Source of the DNA: a virus
Lineage: Duplodnaviria; Caudoviricetes
Virus record (IMG/VR): IMGVR_UViG_3300030098_005849
Span: 1 to 50,642 of that record
Reading direction: 5' to 3' (one strand)
Length of the DNA stretch: 50,642 nt
The position numbers and the translations under genes were made by a program. Positions 16,127 through 25,471 of this stretch are shown piece by piece. Below the pieces are notes generated by a model. The model saw only the letters and a list, made by a program, of their open reading frames with translations, did not search any database and was not told the DNA's origin. Positions within the stretch are counted from its first letter, which is position 1. Every line of letters starts with the position of its first letter.

Positions 16127-16514
16127 AGAAAACAAATCTATTGTTCAAAAACCTGCAAAAGGTTCTAAACTTTCTTCTTTCTACGGAACAAAAGCTTTTG
16201 ATGTTGCGGTATCTGCTTCAAATTTTGATATATTTGAAGAGATAGATACTATTGTAAATCTCATTAGAGATCCAGATCCTAAGATAGCTCTTCCTGCCCT
16301 GAAGCATTTTAGGTCTGTTCTAAAAGATATAGGGCAAACGAATGGGCTTATTGGGAATATCCAACAATCAATAAGTTGTGACAACAATGGACAAATCAGA
16401 GAACAAAAAATCACCTCAACACAAAAACTCCTCACCGAACTCCAAGAAGAAAAAGGTCGTAAAGAAAGTGATTTCGGAGGTAGGAACAAAGAATACCTCC
16501 CCCCGTCTAGTTAA
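16116..16514 (+). CDS. Hypothetical protein, terminase small subunit candidate
   Basis: 132 aa helical protein upstream of TerL; positional inference only. Confidence 0.4.
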   Translation: MQNEENKSIVQKPAKGSKLSSFYGTKAFDVAVSASNFDIFEEIDTIVNLIRDPDPKIALPALKHFRSVLKDIGQTNGLIGNIQQSISCDNNGQIREQKITSTQKLLTELQEEKGRKESDFGGRNKEYLPPSS

Positions 16515-16839
16515 TATTCCTCCCCAGGTAGAAAAAGCTTTTCACTTTATATCTTCTTGTTCAGACGATGAGTTGTTTAAATTAGGTTTTCCTATTCTCG
16601 AAGAGTTAGGTATTCAAGATCCTTTTACTTGGATAGGAAACGGAAAACTATATTGTAAGTTATTAAAAGAAGAATTACTTACTGAGTCTGCATTCCAAGA
16701 AAAATACATTCCTTTACTTTGTGAATTGGTAAAGTCAACTCCCTATGCAGATCTTCCAGAAGTAATGGGAACTATTGCGTGTAGACTAGGAGTAGTTTCA
16801 GTCTTTACACGAGTTTCAGAATACAGGAACCAATATTGA
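16378..16839 (+). CDS. Hypothetical protein
   Basis: 153 aa ORF abutting TerL; start uncertain. Confidence 0.55.
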   Translation: MTTMDKSENKKSPQHKNSSPNSKKKKVVKKVISEVGTKNTSPRLVNIPPQVEKAFHFISSCSDDELFKLGFPILEELGIQDPFTWIGNGKLYCKLLKEELLTESAFQEKYIPLLCELVKSTPYADLPEVMGTIACRLGVVSVFTRVSEYRNQY

Positions 16840-18770
16840 GTGTTAAAAAAGTTGAGCCTAATCCTTATTACCCATTACCCGCTGACTATGCTTCTTTAAC
16901 AGAAGATGGACAACGCCAGGCAAGAGTAAACGCCTGTAGACAATGGTTGTTGGGGGGAACTCCTGCAGACAAAGGAAACGCTTTCGTAGCATCTCTTAAA
17001 TTTTTTGATCGTTATTATCTTAACGCAACAGAGGATTTTGATCCTTTGTTTTACGATGATGAACCATTGCCCTCCCCCCAAGGACACTTCGATATATTAT
17101 CTCAATGGGCATCTTCTAATAGAAATATTGCTATTGCTCCTCGTGGGTTTGCAAAGTCTTTTCTTGTGCGTAAAGCAACCTTACTAAGATTATTAAGTAG
17201 AAATGCGTTTACTATTTTGTACGCAACTTCTACCAATGATAATGCTAAAGGAACTGGGCAAGCTATTAAAGATCAATTACAAAACAATATGCGTTTGTTA
17301 GATGATTGGAATAAAGAAGCTCCTGACAATCGTTTGATTCCTAAACGTGGTGAAGCTCCATTTGGAACTGAAATGATGCAATTAAGAAATGGATCTTGGT
17401 TGCGTTGTATATCTGCTGAGTCTCGTCAACGTGGTGGTCGTCCTAGACGTTATGTTCTCGATGACCCTGAGTACGATCCGAAGGCTAGTACATCTATGTC
17501 GGTATTGCGTTCTTATATGGACAACCTTCTTTTTAAGGTTGTCCTCCCTATGGTTATGCGTAGGGGCTGTGGTGTAGATTGGCTTGCGACTTTTGTTTCT
17601 CGTAGGCATTATGCCTGGCACGCTTTGCAAACAAACACTAATGAAGATGGGTCTAAAGTGGCTACCGATCCTAGGTTTAATCTATGGAGTCGAATGATTA
17701 TTCGTGCTGCTTATGAAGATGAATCAGGAAAAATACATTCTTGTTGGCCTGATATGTGGCCTCCTGATAAACAATATAAAAAAGATCATCCTGAGTTACA
17801 AGATAGAATTTCATTAGAAGAGATTCGAGAGATTATCGGAACTCCTAACTTTCTTGCAGAATACATGGCAAGGCCAGGGGAATCTTCTGAAAGTTATTTC
17901 CCTCAATTAGAAAAAGACAAACACGGGTGGTGGCTAGAAGATGTAGATCCTTTAATAGGAGATACTCCAAGAGAGAGTGAAACATTGATTTGTTGGAGAG
18001 ATCACAAAGAAATGCTTCATAAATATCCTATGCATGAGTTCTTAAATAGCCTTCGATTGTTTATGACAGTAGATACTTCGTATACTTCTAGTGCGGATTC
18101 TGACTATAAAGTTGCTTGTGTAATGGGAGTTAATAGTGCAAATACTCTGTTTGTCCTAGATATTTTTTCACAACAATGCAAAGAAGAAGTATTAATCAAG
18201 AATATATTCTTATTAGCCGATAAGTGGAAAGTACCAACAGTACACCCAGAAGCAATTAAAACAGGGTTAACCCTATGTAATACGCTTTCTTCTATGGTTA
18301 GTACGGGAATGGTATATGAATTAGGTGTAAATCATGTCCCTGGAATAAAGAAACTAAACCCTGGAATGGTAGATAAGGCTTCAAAAATTAGTTCTTTGCA
18401 CCATAGATTTGAAAACAATCTTATTAAATTCCCTTTATTTAGAAGAAATCAAGGGGTTTGGAACAGATTATTAGATCAAGTAGAGGAATTTAACCCTGAT
18501 GCTAGAGACGGTGGACTGCAGCATGATGATGAAATTGACTGTGTAGCCATGTCTCAATATGTAATTAAAGGACGACTTCACAAATCTTTTGCAAATACCA
18601 GAGATACCAGAACCGCTTTAGAAAAAATGGAAGATGGCGAGATTATGAATGAAGAGACCAATACCCCATTGATATATGAGGTAAATTTATCTAGCATTCC
18701 AGTGGCTCTTGTGAGTAAACTAATGGATAATCAGCAAGGAGATCGAAACGATGGAAGTTCCAGAGTTTAA
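16836..18770 (+). CDS. terL: Terminase large subunit
   Basis: Walker A APRGFAKS, RGGRP, Walker B YVLDDPE, nuclease FMTVDTS ... QHDDEIDC; TTG start. Confidence 0.93.
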   Translation: MSVKKVEPNPYYPLPADYASLTEDGQRQARVNACRQWLLGGTPADKGNAFVASLKFFDRYYLNATEDFDPLFYDDEPLPSPQGHFDILSQWASSNRNIAIAPRGFAKSFLVRKATLLRLLSRNAFTILYATSTNDNAKGTGQAIKDQLQNNMRLLDDWNKEAPDNRLIPKRGEAPFGTEMMQLRNGSWLRCISAESRQRGGRPRRYVLDDPEYDPKASTSMSVLRSYMDNLLFKVVLPMVMRRGCGVDWLATFVSRRHYAWHALQTNTNEDGSKVATDPRFNLWSRMIIRAAYEDESGKIHSCWPDMWPPDKQYKKDHPELQDRISLEEIREIIGTPNFLAEYMARPGESSESYFPQLEKDKHGWWLEDVDPLIGDTPRESETLICWRDHKEMLHKYPMHEFLNSLRLFMTVDTSYTSSADSDYKVACVMGVNSANTLFVLDIFSQQCKEEVLIKNIFLLADKWKVPTVHPEAIKTGLTLCNTLSSMVSTGMVYELGVNHVPGIKKLNPGMVDKASKISSLHHRFENNLIKFPLFRRNQGVWNRLLDQVEEFNPDARDGGLQHDDEIDCVAMSQYVIKGRLHKSFANTRDTRTALEKMEDGEIMNEETNTPLIYEVNLSSIPVALVSKLMDNQQGDRNDGSSRV

Positions 18771-19044
18771 TTTTCAACAACATGTGGTAATTCCTATATC
18801 ATATTTTGATAAATTATTAAAATCCCATTATGGAAAATCTGAGGAAGAGAACAGTCAAGTGGTGTACAAAGGAGAATCTACCGAAAATCACACTGCAGGA
18901 CTAGCGGATGCTGAATTAAAAAGTATTATGGGACCAGGCAATTTTGTACCTGGCGGGGTTGCAAAGAAAAAACGGAGAAATATAAATGGCTTACCGTACG
19001 TTGAAGCTACCGAAGGACAAGAAAGCCCTAGCAAGGCTAATTGA
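18751..19044 (+). CDS. Hypothetical protein between TerL and portal
   Basis: 97 aa, SD AAGGAG. Confidence 0.55.
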   Translation: MEVPEFNFQQHVVIPISYFDKLLKSHYGKSEEENSQVVYKGESTENHTAGLADAELKSIMGPGNFVPGGVAKKKRRNINGLPYVEATEGQESPSKAN

Positions 19045-21013
19045 TCAACACGCTGATCGAGAGGAAATCCGTACTTCTTATAGAAGAACTATGTGGCTTC
19101 TTGCGTATTATTACCTACAAGGAGCAAGACGTTTCGATGTTTTTGACCCTGAATTTGGAAAGCTATCTCCTAATTTTTTAGATGAAAATGGGAATCTTGA
19201 ATACCAATCTCAAGAACTTATTTCTGCAATAGACAAGGTATCAAGTAAATTATCTGAATTAGATGTAAGTCCTCGAGTTCAACAACGAGGAGCTACTCTA
19301 TCTGGCATAAGAGAACGATCAGTTGCTCAAATTCTTCTTGATTCCACCATGAGTGCCAATCAACTTGAAGATGTAAAAAGTAAATTTTGTTATATCTTTA
19401 CAGCTTTAGGAAGTTGTGGCATCTCAGGACATATTACAGATCATCCTTCAATAGGTTTGACAAATGATTTAGAAGTAATTCACCCTAGGGAGTTATTTCC
19501 TTTTCCTTCAGTAGGTGAAGACTATTCCAAAGCAAGTGGTTTAGTAAGACAACGTATTGTTCCATTAAGTGTATTAGAAGAAAAGTATGGTTCTAGAATT
19601 AAAAAGAATCTAAAACACATGGAATATTGGGAAGACGATATTGGAACAGATTGGTCTAATCCTGCAGAAAACGACATCATTTCTAATACTGGAAGTGATA
19701 TGAATATCATTGAAGGAACTGATTCTGCAAGAACTGTTTCGGGTTCAGTACATACTTTAATTAGAGTAAGAGAAGTTTGGATTGATGGACCTGCAGGAAC
19801 AGTAGATCGTTATGTAGTTACATCTGGAGATTATGTAATTCAAGATGAAGATTACTCTGAAATAGAAGTATATTGTCCTATTGGATTTGCTAGATTTATG
19901 GAGAACGGAACATTCCACGGTATGGGAATGTTTGACTTACTCTTTGGTCTTAGTCGTGAAATGGAAAAACTATTAAAGAATCTCTTTAATAATGTTAGGG
20001 ATATGGATAGGTACGGAGTTCTTGTTATGCCTCAAGGGCAATTCAATGAACGTTCTTTACTAAGAGATATTGGAGATGGTCTAAAAGTTTTACCTTTTGA
20101 ACCTGATCCTGTTTCAGAAAACTTTAAACCTTTCCCTATTACTCCTGTAACAATGGGTGATCAACCAGGAAAGACTGCTGCTTTTGCAAAACAAATGTTA
20201 GACACTTTAAATCCTATTCGAGATCTTATATCTCAAAAGGGTCGTGTTGACTCAGCTAGTGGTCTTAACTACTTAGATGAAAAAATTAATGAGGCTATTA
20301 GTACACCTACTCGTGGTCTTGAAAGAGCCTTTTCAAACTGCTACAGAGCTTCTTTAAGTTCTATAATTAAAAATTTAATTGAAGTCCCAAGAGCTATACG
20401 AATAGAAAAACTAAGTCTTGATCTAGCAGGAGTAGTTCTTAACCCAGAAAATAATACTATTAGTTTTGAACAAAGTAATCCTTTACCTACTCTACAAGAT
20501 CTCTCTTTTACAATTGCTCAAAGAGAACCTAAGAGTGCTGCAGCTATTAAAAGTGAAGGTCTTCAAATGCTTAAAGCAGGAGTCATGGATCTCCAAGCTT
20601 TTAAAATATTTTTAATCCAACAAGGAATTAAAGTAGCTGCGTATTTAGATGAAGAAAGAAATGCTTACGAAGCAGTCATTAGGAACTGTTTAGTCCTTTT
20701 CGGGAACGGGGCTTCTCCTGGACAAATTGTGGTTACGCCTTACATGGCAACCCCAAAGTTGCAACTTCGTGTATTATCTGGATTCATGGCATCTCCTAAA
20801 ATGGCATTAGCTGCTCCTCAAGTACAAAATGCATTTAAAAGATATCGTGAATTTTTATTAGACAGTCTGGGTATGGTACTCCCAGAAGCTGTTCCAAGTC
20901 CCGATGATGTGGCTGTTTTACAAGCACCACAAATGGAGAATATGAATGTCGGAGCAAATCCAATCCCAGGAAGTCCAAGCGGAGCCTTCCCTTTCCCAGG
21001 AAGAACAGGTTAA
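18986..21013 (+). CDS. Portal protein
   Basis: 675 aa following TerL; N-terminal W..AYYYL.G helix and typical portal size and position. Confidence 0.8.
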   Translation: MAYRTLKLPKDKKALARLIDQHADREEIRTSYRRTMWLLAYYYLQGARRFDVFDPEFGKLSPNFLDENGNLEYQSQELISAIDKVSSKLSELDVSPRVQQRGATLSGIRERSVAQILLDSTMSANQLEDVKSKFCYIFTALGSCGISGHITDHPSIGLTNDLEVIHPRELFPFPSVGEDYSKASGLVRQRIVPLSVLEEKYGSRIKKNLKHMEYWEDDIGTDWSNPAENDIISNTGSDMNIIEGTDSARTVSGSVHTLIRVREVWIDGPAGTVDRYVVTSGDYVIQDEDYSEIEVYCPIGFARFMENGTFHGMGMFDLLFGLSREMEKLLKNLFNNVRDMDRYGVLVMPQGQFNERSLLRDIGDGLKVLPFEPDPVSENFKPFPITPVTMGDQPGKTAAFAKQMLDTLNPIRDLISQKGRVDSASGLNYLDEKINEAISTPTRGLERAFSNCYRASLSSIIKNLIEVPRAIRIEKLSLDLAGVVLNPENNTISFEQSNPLPTLQDLSFTIAQREPKSAAAIKSEGLQMLKAGVMDLQAFKIFLIQQGIKVAAYLDEERNAYEAVIRNCLVLFGNGASPGQIVVTPYMATPKLQLRVLSGFMASPKMALAAPQVQNAFKRYREFLLDSLGMVLPEAVPSPDDVAVLQAPQMENMNVGANPIPGSPSGAFPFPGRTG

Positions 21014-21851
21014 TACTCCTGTAGAAGAAACTATTTCTAAAGCAGAATACGACCGTCTTCTCTCTGAAAAAGAAAGTCTTGAAGCGTACAAAAACCACGC
21101 TACGAGGCTAATAACGAATGATTATGGAAACGATGCTGATCGTTGGCAAAGTACAGCTTTTGTAATGAGAGAAGCTGGTTACAACGATGAGGATATAAAT
21201 AATTATATCCAATTTCAAACTCGGCAAAGTCAAGAAGCTTCGGAAGAAGTTCCTGTTCCTACTCAAGAAACTCTAGATACTAAGGAAGTTCCTATGGAAA
21301 ATAATAATTATGAGCAACTTATTGCTCAACAACAAGAAGAGATTCAACGATTACGTATGAATCAAGAACGTTTATCTACAGACCAACTAAAAGATAAGCT
21401 TACAGAAAGTATAGACCAAGTATATTCTTCTAATCCTAAGCTAAAATCCCTTCTAACAGCGATGAATCGCTTGGGGGGAGAGGATGCAGACGGTTCAAAA
21501 GCAGCTGTGATTAAGCGAGAAATTGAAAAAGAAGCAATGAATTTATTAAATCACAGAAAAAATCAAGGAGGAAAGTTTGACTTTTCTTGGTTTAACGAGG
21601 AAACTAATAAAGCAGCGGAAGCTGTGGTAAATAAATTTCGTACGGTAATTGGTGATCCTGATCAAATAATGAAGGCACCAGAAACAGCAACGGAGCAAAG
21701 TGTTCTTCTCTCTTCCAAACCTGTGGAGACTCCTTCCTATCAAAAAGGTGACACCATGTCTCATGCCGATACCAAATTAAATAATTGGACGAATGACGTG
21801 TTAAACCGATTGGTACAAGAAGACTCAGCAGGTGGTAAATCTAAAGCTTGA
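20946..21851 (+). CDS. Capsid scaffolding protein
   Basis: 301 aa, acidic E/Q-rich coiled coil between portal and MCP. Confidence 0.7.
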   Translation: MSEQIQSQEVQAEPSLSQEEQVNTPVEETISKAEYDRLLSEKESLEAYKNHATRLITNDYGNDADRWQSTAFVMREAGYNDEDINNYIQFQTRQSQEASEEVPVPTQETLDTKEVPMENNNYEQLIAQQQEEIQRLRMNQERLSTDQLKDKLTESIDQVYSSNPKLKSLLTAMNRLGGEDADGSKAAVIKREIEKEAMNLLNHRKNQGGKFDFSWFNEETNKAAEAVVNKFRTVIGDPDQIMKAPETATEQSVLLSSKPVETPSYQKGDTMSHADTKLNNWTNDVLNRLVQEDSAGGKSKA

Positions 21852-21863
21852 AAGGGCTAAAAA

Positions 21864-23441
21864 ATGGCATACGCTACAACTACAGACAGCCTTTTTAGTA
21901 CACACGAGAGCCGAATCGAAGAAGTTATCAACAAAGCTGTTGATGTTTTTCTTCCTTCTTTAGATCCTGTTTGGCGAGATACTGTTGTTTCATCTCAAGG
22001 CGTTGGAGCTGCCGATGCAATCGGTCGTGACATGCTTATTACAAAAGTATTCCAAGGTGGTCTAACTGGTGTTATTGAAAATGCTGCTGAAACTGGGGAT
22101 TGGGTTTTATTTGGTGATACAGATACTCCTGTTAAAGCAAGTACTGCTGCTAACAAAGTTCATGTACAAAACCTAACTCAAACCTTCCCCGATCCTACCG
22201 TTGGTGCTAACCAAAAACCATATAGGTTGCAAATTCCTATGCGGGCTTTGGTTACTAACCTTATGATGACTCTTGGTGAACTTCAAGCGGAAGCAACTCC
22301 TGCTTTCATTGGCGAAATTATCGGTCCAAAACTTGAAGGTTTTGCTAAGAACATCTCTCACACTCTTTGTAACTATTGGTATCTCTCCCAAAACTTGAGC
22401 TACCGTCTTTGTGCAATTTCTGCTGTTGATTCTGGTGGTGGTACAGGTACTAACATTGTAACCATTTCAGGTGTTACTACTCCTGACCGATTCTATCCTG
22501 GTCAACGAGTAGATATTTGGTCATCTGATGGAACTACTCAAAGAATGAATGGTAATAGAGACGCAGCAAGAACAGAACTTTATGTTGATGCAGTTGATGA
22601 ACTAGCAGGTAAAGTTTCTTTCGTAGGTGCTTCTAACTTCTCTACAGCAGTTCAAGCAGGTCAACTTGTTGTTTATGCAGGTATCACAGAAACAGGTCTT
22701 GATGGATCTGGTAACGATACCCTTGCTGACCAATCATATGGTATTGCAGGAATGAACTCATGGCTTGTTACAGGTAACGATACTATTGACGGCACTGATC
22801 ACAACCTCCTCAAAGGAGATGCGATTGCTGCTGCAGCTATTGATGTTAATGTTCATCCTGAGTTCAAATCACTTGGTATAACAAGTGTTGGAGCTTTAAC
22901 TGAACATAAACTACGTCAATATCTAGGTCGATTCCATGCTGCTAAAAACAAGTATGGTCAATACATTGACTGTTTAATCGCATCCGATGGTGTTTGGACT
23001 GCTTATGAAGCTACTAAAATTGGTCGTGAAATGATCGATCGTTCTGGTAGACTTTCAAGTCTAAACTCTGAAGGCAGTGATGAAGGATTTACATTCACAT
23101 TCGAAGGAAGAACCTATCAAGGTTACTCCTCAATGTATGCTGATTCAGGTCGTGTCTATGGTATCCGTAAGGGTGGAAATAACTGGAAACGTTTTACTCC
23201 TCCTTCATACAAAGGCATGAGCAACATGGCTGGTGTAGATAACTTTGTTCCATTCAACTTTGTTGGTGGTTCATTAACAGGTGGTCCTTCACAGTTACCT
23301 ATCTACAAAACAGTAAACAATGTTTCATTGCCTACTGAAGGTATCCAAATGCCTGGTATGCTACGTATGCAACTTGTTCCTGATCAACCAGCAGGTATGA
23401 TCTTGGACGGATGTAATACAGATACTGTATTCGCAAGCTAA
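21864..23441 (+). CDS. Major capsid protein (HK97-type, with probable inserted beta domain)
   Basis: 525 aa after the scaffold; strongly biased codons (GGT, GCT, AAC); followed by a terminator. Confidence 0.82.
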   Translation: MAYATTTDSLFSTHESRIEEVINKAVDVFLPSLDPVWRDTVVSSQGVGAADAIGRDMLITKVFQGGLTGVIENAAETGDWVLFGDTDTPVKASTAANKVHVQNLTQTFPDPTVGANQKPYRLQIPMRALVTNLMMTLGELQAEATPAFIGEIIGPKLEGFAKNISHTLCNYWYLSQNLSYRLCAISAVDSGGGTGTNIVTISGVTTPDRFYPGQRVDIWSSDGTTQRMNGNRDAARTELYVDAVDELAGKVSFVGASNFSTAVQAGQLVVYAGITETGLDGSGNDTLADQSYGIAGMNSWLVTGNDTIDGTDHNLLKGDAIAAAAIDVNVHPEFKSLGITSVGALTEHKLRQYLGRFHAAKNKYGQYIDCLIASDGVWTAYEATKIGREMIDRSGRLSSLNSEGSDEGFTFTFEGRTYQGYSSMYADSGRVYGIRKGGNNWKRFTPPSYKGMSNMAGVDNFVPFNFVGGSLTGGPSQLPIYKTVNNVSLPTEGIQMPGMLRMQLVPDQPAGMILDGCNTDTVFAS

Positions 23442-23471
23442 TTTAGACAACTAGTCTTTTAGTTTAAAGAG

Positions 23472-23503
23472 CCCTCTGGTTGCAAAACCAGGGGGTTTTC
23501 TTT
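23472..23503 (+). terminator. Rho-independent terminator after MCP
   Basis: CCCTCTGGTT-GCAA-AACCAGGGGG followed by TTTTCTTT; GNRA loop. Confidence 0.85.
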
Positions 23504-23514
23504 ATTATGGAATT

Positions 23515-24048
23515 ATGATACATAAAGAATTTGAAGATTATTTTGAGATACTACGGGATGAACGTGCTGAAGCTATGGGAATGGGCATTAAACGAGGATC
23601 TGATCACGAATTAGTTCATTGCGAATGGGCAGAATATTTAAATCGTAGATTAGGTAGAAAAGATTTATTTGCCTACAAGCATCAAAAAACAGGTAATTAT
23701 GTTCTTGCAGCATGGGTATTTAAAGATACTGAAATCTTTACCGAATTAGAAACTTCTGAAAAACATTTTGATAGAGGTGGTTGGAAAGATTACCGATATA
23801 TGGAATTGCGATGCCGTCCTGATTATGTAATAAGAAGAGAGATGCAAGAGAATATTGCAAAAAGACAAGCTTCTGAAAAAAGAAAACAGGAAGAAAATAT
23901 TGAAATGCGTGAAAAAGCTGTAAAATACCAGAACAGCAGGGGAGCTTATATGGACCCATCTTCACCGTTTGATTATGACGAGAACTCAGGATTGGTAGAA
24001 GAATTAAAAACTATGTCTCGCCTTAGTAATAGGAAACACTTCACATGA
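23515..24048 (+). CDS. Hypothetical protein
   Basis: 177 aa ORF coupled to the next gene (ATGA). Confidence 0.7.
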   Translation: MIHKEFEDYFEILRDERAEAMGMGIKRGSDHELVHCEWAEYLNRRLGRKDLFAYKHQKTGNYVLAAWVFKDTEIFTELETSEKHFDRGGWKDYRYMELRCRPDYVIRREMQENIAKRQASEKRKQEENIEMREKAVKYQNSRGAYMDPSSPFDYDENSGLVEELKTMSRLSNRKHFT

Positions 24049-24965
24049 ACAGCAAACAATCTTTTATCCATATGATGCTTGATCGAGTAAGGTCTTATAT
24101 TGACGACCCTACTGTAAATGCAAAATATAGTAACAATTACTTACTCAGTAATATTATTACTCCAGAAATGATTAATGTTGTTTCAAGGATTAATCTTACT
24201 GCTGGGAATCCTATGCTTCTTACTCATGATATTACTCTTGTTGAAGATCAACCAAGATATGTTCTCCCCCCAGGTATAGGTGAGATCTATCGAGTTGGTA
24301 AATTAAATGATAGCGGAAGAGTGGAATACGATTTTAAACCAAGAGGTGAGCACCATCCCCGTGGTCCTGTTTGGTCATTAGATGGAAACACTATAAACTT
24401 TAGACCTTATCCAGATGCAAATGATGCAGGAGAAACAATTACTATTTTTTATATTCCTAATGGTGATTTCCAAATGCACTACTCTGATAGTGGAGGCCAA
24501 AGAAATAGTGGAACTACTTTTACTTTGTCTGATACTTTGGCTGCTACAGGTGATATAGGGTATAGAGATTATAGAGAACAAGCTTATGCAGGGGCTATTC
24601 TTAGAGTTTGGAAACGAACTGACAACAATATTATTGAAGAAAGAGTTATTCGTTCTTACAACCATGCTACTCGTATGGCTACAGTAGATACAGCTTTTGT
24701 AAATATTTCTGTAAATAATTCAGGTTATCGGTATGAAGTTATTCCGCAGATGGCTACTTCATTAGCTAGTGCAATTTCTTCCTCTGCTGCAGTACAATTA
24801 GGAACTATAAGAAACATTTCACAAAAACAGATGAATTTCTTATTATTGCAACATAAAACAAATATGAAAACTATTCTTGATAATCGTTCTAATATCCAAA
24901 ATAGAACAGGAAAGATGTACCAAAAACGTACAGTCGATAATGTTAACGATGCTTGGATGCGATAA
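24045..24965 (+). CDS. Head-tail adaptor / tail tubular A-like protein
   Basis: 306 aa; [38 protein letters not shown] motifs; position after MCP. Confidence 0.65.
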   Translation: MNSKQSFIHMMLDRVRSYIDDPTVNAKYSNNYLLSNIITPEMINVVSRINLTAGNPMLLTHDITLVEDQPRYVLPPGIGEIYRVGKLNDSGRVEYDFKPRGEHHPRGPVWSLDGNTINFRPYPDANDAGETITIFYIPNGDFQMHYSDSGGQRNSGTTFTLSDTLAATGDIGYRDYREQAYAGAILRVWKRTDNNIIEERVIRSYNHATRMATVDTAFVNISVNNSGYRYEVIPQMATSLASAISSSAAVQLGTIRNISQKQMNFLLLQHKTNMKTILDNRSNIQNRTGKMYQKRTVDNVNDAWMR

Positions 24966-25459
24966 TGCCTTATCAAAGTCAATACAATGAAAGAGATTTC
25001 ACACAGAATACTTATTACTTAAACCCTTCTCTTTCAAGTGGGTCAAGAGAAGTTCTTTCTTTTGGCTTTGGTCAACAGTTTAATGCTGATGGTCAATTAG
25101 GAGCTGACATTTCTGCTCCTGGCGTAGCTCAATTAGGACCTACTCAAATCCTTCAAAAAAGTTTGTATGAGTTTGTAGCAGGAGATATTGAAATATCTTC
25201 TGAAACAAACATCGTACAACAAGAAGTTACTTTAACAGATGAACAAATTGCTAATCTTGCAGTTCCTGGTCCAATAGGGCCTCAAGGACCTGCAGGAGGA
25301 TTAGGTCCACAAGGACCACAAGGAGATACTGGCCCACAAGGAATAGCAGGTGCAAGTGGTGCTCCTGGAACAACAGGTCCAGCAGGAGCAGATGGTCCAA
25401 GAGGGCCAAGAGGTCCAACAGGTCCACGAGGTCCTGCAGGTGCAGACTGTCCAACTTAA
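24965..25459 (+). CDS. Short collagen-repeat (Gly-X-Y) fibre protein
   Basis: About 20 GXY triplets at the C-terminus ending GADCPT; TAATG coupling. Confidence 0.8.
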   Translation: MPYQSQYNERDFTQNTYYLNPSLSSGSREVLSFGFGQQFNADGQLGADISAPGVAQLGPTQILQKSLYEFVAGDIEISSETNIVQQEVTLTDEQIANLAVPGPIGPQGPAGGLGPQGPQGDTGPQGIAGASGAPGTTGPAGADGPRGPRGPTGPRGPAGADCPT

Positions 25460-25471
25460 GGTAGATAGCTT